The notes under the pieces were generated by a model, which saw only the letters and a program-made list of their open reading frames with translations, did not search any database and was not told where the DNA came from. The translations under genes and the position numbers were made by a program. Below are positions 31,965 through 38,998 of a DNA stretch of 56,109 bases, one piece after another. The stretch's first letter is position 1. Every line of letters starts with the position of its first letter. The DNA is from Alphaproteobacteria bacterium. Its GTDB lineage: Bacteria > Pseudomonadota > Alphaproteobacteria > Bin95. The stretch is from NCBI GenBank assembly GCA_026710105.1, contig JAPORR010000018.1:1-56109 (forward strand). Direction: 5' to 3'.

Positions 31965-33938
31965 TCACTCAAAGTAGAGGATCGGCTGGTCGGCGGCAAG
32001 ATTAGCCCCCGCGGCGGTCGGGATGGACCTGATGCGCCCGGGCCGTTCGGCGTGCAATACATTCTCCATCTTCATCGCCTCGACCACGGCGAGCGCCTGC
32101 CCGGCCTCGACCGTCTCTCCTTCCACCACCGCGAGCGACACCAGCAGGCCCGGCATGGGCGAAAGTAAAACCTTGGAAGTGTCCGGAGGCGCCTTTTTCG
32201 GCATGAAACGGGCAAATTCGGCGACGTGCGGCGGCACGACCCGTACCACTGCCTGCACGCCTCGGTAGGAGAGCCGCCAGCCGGCGCCGTCCTCCTCCAC
32301 GCGAACCGAGATCGCTTCACTGTTGAACCAGCCCGTTAAATGAGTGCCAGAGGGCGGCCGGGCACCCTGCAGCCGTGCTGTCCGGCCATCAACCTCCAGT
32401 CGCAGGCCTTCCTCATCCGGCTCAATGGCGACCGACACTGAAAGGCCGTCGAGCAGCACGGCCCAGTCGCGCCGATCCGCACCGCCCGCCGCCAGCGCCT
32501 CGGTCCGCGCCAGCACCACCGCGACGGCGGCAAACAGCTCCTGATGCCGGTCAGCGCCAGCGGCAGGGTCATAGCCCTCCGGGAACTCCTCATCAATGAA
32601 AGCAGTGCTGAGCTGGCCTTCGGCGAAGCGCGGGCTGTCCGCAATCGCGGCGAGGAAGTCGATATTGTGGCCGACCCCGCCAATAGCGAAGCGGTCGAGC
32701 GCACCAGCGAGCCTTGAACGCGCCTCCCCGCGTGTCGCCCCATGCACAGCGAGCTTGGCGATCATCGGGTCGTAAAACATGGTGATCTCGGAGCCCTCGA
32801 CGACGCCCGTGTCGATGCGCACGCTGCCATCCTCCGCCGGCGGGCGGAAGGTCTTTAGCCGGCCGATAGAAGGGGCGAAATTGCGCTCGGGCCGCTCCGC
32901 ATAGATGCGCGCCTCGATTGCCCAACCGTCGAGGCGGACATCCTGCTGGCCGAACCCAAGCGGCTCGCATGCCGCCACGCGCAGCATCTGCTCCACCAAA
33001 TCCAGCCCGGTGACCATTTCCGTCACCGGGTGCTCGACCTGAAGGCGGGTGTTCATCTCTAAGAAATAGAAATTGCGCGCATGGTCCACGATGAACTCGA
33101 CCGTGCCCGCAGAGCGGTAACTAACTGCGCGGGCAAGTGCGATAGCGCACGCACCCATCTCCGCACGCAGCGCCTCATCGACGAATGGGCTCGGGCTTTC
33201 CTCGATCACCTTCTGGTGGCGGCGCTGGATCGAGCATTCCCGCTCGCCCAGATGCACGATGTTACCGTGCGCGTCGGCCAGGGTCTGGATTTCGATATGG
33301 CGCGGTTCTTCGATATATTTCTCGATGAAAACGCGGCCGTCGCCGAAGGCACTTTTGGCTTCATTGACGGTCGAGCCGAAGACCTGCCGAAGCTCCTCGT
33401 CGGAGCGGGCGATGCGCATGCCCTTGCCACCACCGCCGGCCGAGGCCTTCACCATCACTGGGTAGCCGATCCGGCGCGCGCTTGCCGCGGCTGCATCGGC
33501 ATCCGTGATCTCGCTGGGGTCGCCGGGCACGACCGGCACACCGGCCTGCTCAGCGAGGCGCTTGCTCTCAATCTTGTCGCCCATGGCCGCGATGGCAACC
33601 GCGTCCGGCCCGATGAAGACCAATCCTGCTGCCTCCACAGCCTCAACAAAACCCGCATTTTCGGAGAGGAAGCCGAAGCCTGGATGGACCGCTTCAGAAC
33701 CCGTGTCGAGCGCAACCTGGATGATGCGCGAGGCGAGGAGGTAGCTGTCCGACGGCGCAGCGCCGCCGATGGCGATCGCCTCATCCGCCATGCACACATG
33801 TAAGGCGTCAGCATCGGCGTCCGAATAGACGGCCACCGTGCGCACGCCCAGGCGCCGTGCGGTGCGCGCAATGCGGCAGGCGATCTCGCCGCGATTGGCG
33901 ATCAGGATCTTGCCGAAAGGAGGCGTTCCGGCGGGCAT
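31965..33938 (-). CDS. Biotin-dependent acyl-CoA carboxylase alpha subunit (BC + BCCP; PccA-like)
   Basis: KILIANRGEIA, MGDKIESK, RECSIQRRHQKVIEE, FLEMNTRLQVEHPVTE, biotinyl EAMKM. Confidence 0.93.
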   Translation of the reverse strand: MPAGTPPFGKILIANRGEIACRIARTARRLGVRTVAVYSDADADALHVCMADEAIAIGGAAPSDSYLLASRIIQVALDTGSEAVHPGFGFLSENAGFVEAVEAAGLVFIGPDAVAIAAMGDKIESKRLAEQAGVPVVPGDPSEITDADAAAASARRIGYPVMVKASAGGGGKGMRIARSDEELRQVFGSTVNEAKSAFGDGRVFIEKYIEEPRHIEIQTLADAHGNIVHLGERECSIQRRHQKVIEESPSPFVDEALRAEMGACAIALARAVSYRSAGTVEFIVDHARNFYFLEMNTRLQVEHPVTEMVTGLDLVEQMLRVAACEPLGFGQQDVRLDGWAIEARIYAERPERNFAPSIGRLKTFRPPAEDGSVRIDTGVVEGSEITMFYDPMIAKLAVHGATRGEARSRLAGALDRFAIGGVGHNIDFLAAIADSPRFAEGQLSTAFIDEEFPEGYDPAAGADRHQELFAAVAVVLARTEALAAGGADRRDWAVLLDGLSVSVAIEPDEEGLRLEVDGRTARLQGARPPSGTHLTGWFNSEAISVRVEEDGAGWRLSYRGVQAVVRVVPPHVAEFARFMPKKAPPDTSKVLLSPMPGLLVSLAVVEGETVEAGQALAVVEAMKMENVLHAERPGRIRSIPTAAGANLAADQPILYFE

Positions 33939-33951
33939 TATCGTTGTCGCC

Positions 33952-34173
33952 TCAGGCCTCGATAATAGCGATTTCCTGGCCTTCCTCGACCGCCTCGCCT
34001 TCCTCAACCAGAATTTCGGCGATCCGGCCCGCTTGAGGAGCGCCCACTGGAATCTCCATCTTCATCGACTCTAGGATGATTACTGGATCGTCCTCCGCCA
34101 CCTCATCGCCGACCTTGGCCTCGATTTTGAACACTGTCCCCGGTATCTCGGACAGCACAGACACCGTCGCCAT
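33952..34173 (-). CDS. Stand-alone biotin carboxyl carrier protein
   Basis: 73 aa, G.V.KI...GD.V....LESMKMEIPV biotinylation motif. Confidence 0.9.
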   Translation of the reverse strand: MATVSVLSEIPGTVFKIEAKVGDEVAEDDPVIILESMKMEIPVGAPQAGRIAEILVEEGEAVEEGQEIAIIEA

Positions 34174-34314
34174 CGCCCTTCCCCTCGGTCTCGCCCTGCC
34201 CTGTTAGGCTGAAGGGCTAAAAAGCGCAAGACCGAGGGTAAGGGGCTCAATGCCGGTGAACCGCCGGTGGGACGCCCCCTTTCCGCCGCGCCCTACGCCC
34301 GCTATATCCGCCTC

Positions 34315-34746
34315 ATGGCTGGAATCGACATGGTGTTTCTCGGGATTGCTGTCGCGGCAAGCGCACTGGCCTTTGGCGGCATGGTGACCTTTTCCGGCTT
34401 TTTCGCGCCGATGGTGTTCCGCAAGCTCGACCGGCAGGTCGCGGACACCTTCATGCGCGACGTTTTCGGCCCCTATTACACGTTCATGGCCGCGGTTTGT
34501 GGCATCGCGGCGCTTGCGGCGGTCGCCGTACAACCCTGGGACGCGGCGATCATGGCGCTGGTCTCAGCCGCCTTTCTGGCCTCGCGCTATGCGGCCATGC
34601 CCCGGGTCCAGAAGCTGTTCGACGCCCGCGAGCGAGGCGAATACGGCGCAGCGGACGAGTTCCAGCGCATCCACAAGAACGCTGCCTTCGTCAACATGGT
34701 CCAACTCGTCGCTGTGCTTGCGGCACTGCTGCGGCTGGCGCTCTGA
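34315..34746 (+). CDS. DUF4149 family membrane protein
   Basis: FGGMVTFS.FFAP.VFR.L, F.PYY, F.RIH....VN; hydrophobic helices. Confidence 0.75.
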   Translation: MAGIDMVFLGIAVAASALAFGGMVTFSGFFAPMVFRKLDRQVADTFMRDVFGPYYTFMAAVCGIAALAAVAVQPWDAAIMALVSAAFLASRYAAMPRVQKLFDARERGEYGAADEFQRIHKNAAFVNMVQLVAVLAALLRLAL

Positions 34747-34763
34747 GCGGCCGCCCACATTCC

Positions 34764-35354
34764 ATGCGCAGAAGCTTGCAATTCGGACTGCTCGCCTGCG
34801 GCACCCTCGTTGTGGTGCTCGCAGGCTACTGGCTGTGGTGGGCGCTGGAAGGACGGCCAGACCGAGGCCGTCCGGCGATCGGCGGGCCGTTCGAGCTTAT
34901 CGATGGCGATGGGCGCAAGGTGACGGAGCAGAACTTCCGCGGGCAGCATATGCTGGTCTATTTCGGCTACACATTCTGCCCGGATGTCTGCCCGACCACG
35001 CTGTTCAACGCCAGCGCCGCACTGGACGACTTAGGCCCGGAATTGGCTGCGAAGGTCCGGCTAATATTCATCAGCATAGATCCCGAGCGCGACACGCCCG
35101 AGGTCGTGAAGGAATATGCTGGTCATTTTCACCCTGGCACGACGGGGTTGACCGGCGCGCCGGCGCAAGTAGCGGCTGCGGCCCGCGCCTTCCGCATCTA
35201 CTACCGTAAGGCCGCACCGGAAGAAGACGGCAGCTATCTTGTGGACCACTCCTCCATCCTCTTCCTGATGGACAGGAAGGGACGCTATGTTACCCATTTC
35301 GGCCATGAGACGACCGTGGACGAGATCGCAGCGGCCCTGAAACGCCTACTGTGA
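34764..35354 (+). CDS. SCO1/SenC family copper chaperone
   Basis: IGGPFEL, YFGYTFCPDVCP, ISIDPERDT, YLVDHS. Confidence 0.95.
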   Translation: MRRSLQFGLLACGTLVVVLAGYWLWWALEGRPDRGRPAIGGPFELIDGDGRKVTEQNFRGQHMLVYFGYTFCPDVCPTTLFNASAALDDLGPELAAKVRLIFISIDPERDTPEVVKEYAGHFHPGTTGLTGAPAQVAAAARAFRIYYRKAAPEEDGSYLVDHSSILFLMDRKGRYVTHFGHETTVDEIAAALKRLL

Positions 35355-36610
35355 AGGGGGTTATCCTCGCCGCCCCGGCCTCGGGCAGCGGCAAGACGAC
35401 AGTGGCTGCCGGTCTGGTCTGCGCGCTTTGCCGACAAGGTCTTGAGGTCCAGCCCTACAAGACGGGGCCGGATTACATCGACGCCGGCTTCCTCGCTGCC
35501 GCGGCGGGGCGGCCTTGTTTGACACTGGACTCTTGGGCGATGCGCCCCGGAACATTGGCGGCGGCGCTGAACGGACAAGCCGATATCGCCGTGGTCGAAG
35601 GTGCGATGGGCTTGTTCGACGGGCCAGAGGGCGGCGGCGGTTCAACAGCCGATCTGGCCGCCCTCACCGGCTGGCCCGTGGTGCTGGTCGTAGACAGCGC
35701 ACGGCAAGGCCAGTCAGTGGCAGCGCTGCTGGAGGGGTTTGCTGGCCACCGAAGCGATATCCGCATCGCCGGCGCGGTGCTGAACCGGGTGGCTGGTGCC
35801 CGGCACGAGGCGCTACTATGTGAGCGGGCGGGCGTCGTACCTATCCTTGCAGCGCTTCCATTGGAGCCGGCGTTAGTTCTGCCCTCGCGCCATCTAGGGC
35901 TGGTGCAGGCGGGTGAGCACCCCGCACTCGAAGCCTGGTTGGCGCGCGCGGCGGACCTCGCCCCGGCAGCAGTGATGCCCTTCGGGCCGCTTCGCATGCC
36001 GCTTGCGACGGAATATGCGCCTAGCTGCCCGCCCTTGCCACCACCGGGCCAGCGTATTGCGGTCGCACGCGACGAGGCCTTCACCTTCGCTTATGAACAT
36101 GTGCTGGCCGGCTGGCGCCGAGCCGGGGCCGAATTCACCTTCTTCTCGCCGCTTGCCGACGAGGCGCCGGAGGGTGATGCTGTCTTCCTACCGGGCGGCT
36201 ATCCGGAGCTCTATGCCGGTCGCATTGCAGCAGCCGCCAATTTCTTGGCCGCCCTGCGCCACCATGAGGGGCCGGTCTACGGCGAATGCGGCGGCTATAT
36301 GGTGCTGGGCGAGGGGCTGGAGGATGCGGCGGGAGCGCGCCACGCCATGGCAGGCCTTCTGCCACTCGAGACGAGCTTCGCCACACCAGCCCGCCGACTC
36401 GGCTATCGCCGCCTTAAGGCCAAAGGCGGCAGCTTTTCGCCGGGCGCGGTCTTTCGCGGACATGAGTTCCACTATGCACGCATTATCCGCGAAGGGCCCG
36501 GGGCACCACTGTTCGAAGCGGCAGACGCGCCCGGCAGGCCGCTCGGCCTCACCGGCCTTGTGCGCGGCCGCACCGCTGGCTCCTTCATGCATCTGATCGA
36601 CACAGCGTGA
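35351..36610 (+). CDS. cobB: Cobyrinate/hydrogenobyrinate a,c-diamide synthase
   Basis: SGSGKTT, KTGPDYID, EGAMGLFDG, LPSRHLGL, GECGGY, GHEFHY. Confidence 0.93.
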   Translation: MKGVILAAPASGSGKTTVAAGLVCALCRQGLEVQPYKTGPDYIDAGFLAAAAGRPCLTLDSWAMRPGTLAAALNGQADIAVVEGAMGLFDGPEGGGGSTADLAALTGWPVVLVVDSARQGQSVAALLEGFAGHRSDIRIAGAVLNRVAGARHEALLCERAGVVPILAALPLEPALVLPSRHLGLVQAGEHPALEAWLARAADLAPAAVMPFGPLRMPLATEYAPSCPPLPPPGQRIAVARDEAFTFAYEHVLAGWRRAGAEFTFFSPLADEAPEGDAVFLPGGYPELYAGRIAAAANFLAALRHHEGPVYGECGGYMVLGEGLEDAAGARHAMAGLLPLETSFATPARRLGYRRLKAKGGSFSPGAVFRGHEFHYARIIREGPGAPLFEAADAPGRPLGLTGLVRGRTAGSFMHLIDTA

Positions 36611-36792
36611 GGCCACGCTTCGACGAATGGATTCTGGAGTGTAGCAAGACCCGGGGGAAGATGAAGGAGAGGTCTATCTTCATCGAGACCTATATTATGG
36701 GGCACAATCAACCCGCATCCGACCCAGCGGAATAATGGCGGTATCCGCCTGCATCCTGCTGTCTGGTAAGATGAAAACCGCGGGGCGTGGCG

Positions 36793-38454
36793 ATGAGCGA
36801 AAGCCGCATTTTCGACTATGTCGTGGTCGGAGCCGGGTCGGCGGGGTGCGTGCTCGCCAACCGGCTGACCGAGGACGGCAAGGCGACCGTTCTGCTTCTG
36901 GAGGCTGGCGGCAGCGACCGCAGCATCTTCCTGCAAATGCCTTCCGCACTCGCCATCGCTATGGGCCACAGGCGCTATGGTTGGCACTACTGGACGGAGC
37001 CCGAACAACATCTCAACAGGCGACGCCTCCACTGCCCGCGCGGCCGGGTGCTGGGTGGCTCATCCTCGGTCAACGGCATGGCCTATGTGCGCGGCAACCC
37101 GCTCGATTTCGACGGCTGGGCGGAGGGCGGCGCCGCGGGCTGGTCCTATGCCGAGGTGCTGCCCTATTTCCGCCGGGCAGAGAATTGCGCTGGTGGCGGG
37201 GACGACTGGCGCGGCGGGTCAGGGCCACTCAACACCTCGCGCGGACGCATGGCGAACCCACTCTACGCGGCCTTCATCGAAGCGGGGGATCAAGCGGGCT
37301 ATGCGCGCACGGACGACATGAACGGCTACCGGCAGGAGGGCTTCGGCCCGATGGACATGACTGTCCATCGGGGCCGGCGCTGGAGCGCCGCCAATGCCTA
37401 TCTCAAGCCGGCCGCCGGCAGACCCAGCCTCACCGTGGAGACTGGCGCGCTTGCAACACGTCTGCTGCTCGACGAGCGGCACGCCACGGGCGTCGAATAC
37501 CAGCAGGGCAGCGCGGTCCGCATTGCGCGGGCACGGCGCGAGATCGTTCTGAGCGGCGGTCCCATCAACAATCCGCAGCTCTTGATGCTGTCGGGTATCG
37601 GCCCGGCCGCGCATCTCGCGGCGCACGGCATTGCACCCATCCTGGACCTGCCCGGCGTCGGCCAGAACCTCCAGGACCATCTGGAACTCTACATCCAGCA
37701 GGAATGCATCCGGCCGATCACCCTCCATGCCGCGACCAGCCTTCTACAGAAGGCATTGATCGGTGTCCGCTGGATGCTGTTCCGGTCTGGACTCGGCTCG
37801 AGCAACCATTTCGAGGCCGGAGGTTTCATCCGTTCGCGCGCCGGTGTGCGATGGCCAGACATCCAGTACCACTTCTTGCCGCTTGCGGCTTCCTACGACA
37901 TGAACGACCGCATCCATTGCCACGGCTACCAGGCCCATGCCGGCCCGATGCGTTCGAAATCGCGGGGCGAGGTCCAGCTCGCCTCAGCCGACCCGCTAGT
38001 GTCACCGAAGATTCGGTTCCGCTATATGAGCCACCCCGACGACTGGGCGGAAATGCGCGCCTGCGTGCGCCTCACGCGGGAACTCTTCGCCCAGCCCGCC
38101 TTCGATCCCTGGCGCGGACAGGAGCTCGCGCCGGGAGAGGCAGTGCAATGCGACGAGGAGATCGATGCCTTCGTGCGCGAGACCGTCCAGAGCGCCTACC
38201 ATCCCTGCGGGACCTGCCGGATGGGCATTGACGATATGGCAGTCGTCGATCCAGCGGAACTCCGGGTCCGGGGGTTGGAGGGCCTACGCATCGTGGACAG
38301 CTCGGTCATGCCGGCGATCACGACCGGCAACCTCAACGCACCGACGATCATGATTGCGGAAAAGGCGGCTGACGCCATCCTCGCTCGCCCGTCCCTGCCG
38401 CCCTCCGACGCCCCCTTCCACATCGCACCCGACTGGCAGACGGCACAGCGCTGA
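36793..38454 (+). CDS. betA: Choline dehydrogenase (GMC oxidoreductase)
   Basis: GAGSAG, CPRGRVLGGSSSVNGM, DMNGYRQEGFGPMD, SAYHPCGTCRMG, GNLNAPTIM, C-terminal PDWQTAQR. Confidence 0.92.
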   Translation: MSESRIFDYVVVGAGSAGCVLANRLTEDGKATVLLLEAGGSDRSIFLQMPSALAIAMGHRRYGWHYWTEPEQHLNRRRLHCPRGRVLGGSSSVNGMAYVRGNPLDFDGWAEGGAAGWSYAEVLPYFRRAENCAGGGDDWRGGSGPLNTSRGRMANPLYAAFIEAGDQAGYARTDDMNGYRQEGFGPMDMTVHRGRRWSAANAYLKPAAGRPSLTVETGALATRLLLDERHATGVEYQQGSAVRIARARREIVLSGGPINNPQLLMLSGIGPAAHLAAHGIAPILDLPGVGQNLQDHLELYIQQECIRPITLHAATSLLQKALIGVRWMLFRSGLGSSNHFEAGGFIRSRAGVRWPDIQYHFLPLAASYDMNDRIHCHGYQAHAGPMRSKSRGEVQLASADPLVSPKIRFRYMSHPDDWAEMRACVRLTRELFAQPAFDPWRGQELAPGEAVQCDEEIDAFVRETVQSAYHPCGTCRMGIDDMAVVDPAELRVRGLEGLRIVDSSVMPAITTGNLNAPTIMIAEKAADAILARPSLPPSDAPFHIAPDWQTAQR

Positions 38455-38469
38455 CAGATTGGCCGCCGG

Positions 38470-38886
38470 CTACGGGTCGGCGTCGATCTCGATGGTGCGG
38501 CTGCGGATCTCCGGTTCCGGCCGCACGAGGTCGATATGCAGGAGCCCGTTTTCTGTATGCGCTTTCTGCACTTCAATGCCTTCCGCGAGCACAAACCGGC
38601 GCTGGAATTGCCGCGCCGCGATGCCCCGGTGGAGGAAGATGCGCCCTTCTCCCTCCTCGCCATGATGCCCACGCACGATCAGCTGCCGATCCTCGACCGA
38701 GATCGCGAGATCCTCGCGCGCAAAGCCCGCTACCGCCAATGAAATACGCAACCGGTTGTCACCTGTCCGTTCGATATTATAGGGCGGATAGCCATCTGCC
38801 GAAGCCTTGGACACCGAATCGAGCATTCGTTCCAGATGATCGAATCCGAGCAGTAGCGGGCTATTGAAAACCGGCATTTGCGACAT
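38470..38886 (-). CDS. Small heat-shock protein (Hsp20/IbpA class)
   Basis: SPLLLGFD, YPPYNIE, LAVAGF, LHRGIAARQF.RRF.LA, NGLLHIDL. Confidence 0.95.
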   Translation of the reverse strand: MSQMPVFNSPLLLGFDHLERMLDSVSKASADGYPPYNIERTGDNRLRISLAVAGFAREDLAISVEDRQLIVRGHHGEEGEGRIFLHRGIAARQFQRRFVLAEGIEVQKAHTENGLLHIDLVRPEPEIRSRTIEIDADP

Positions 38887-38957
38887 GGCACCGTTTCCTC
38901 TTGGCACAAAGCGGGACCCGCATCCGCCGGACCCAAGCATTGCGGCGCCCGGCGGCA
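38884..38957 (-). ncRNA. Putative ROSE-like RNA thermometer in the hsp20 5' UTR
   Basis: 5' hairpin CCGCCGG...CCGGCGG, then TCCCGCT able to pair imperfectly with the GAGGA SD. Confidence 0.6.
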
Positions 38958-38962
38958 TTGGT

Positions 38963-38990
38963 ATATGGGAGACGGTAAAGGGAGCGCAAG
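38963..38990 (-). promoter_or_regulatory. Sigma32 (RpoH) promoter of hsp20
   Basis: CTTG, 17-nt spacer, CCCATAT on the minus strand. Confidence 0.8.
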
Positions 38991-38998
38991 CACTGCCC

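Noticed and set aside
36680-36705. dif-like core TATATTATGG
   Set aside because: Only part of a XerD-like arm matches; no CATAA-type XerC arm.
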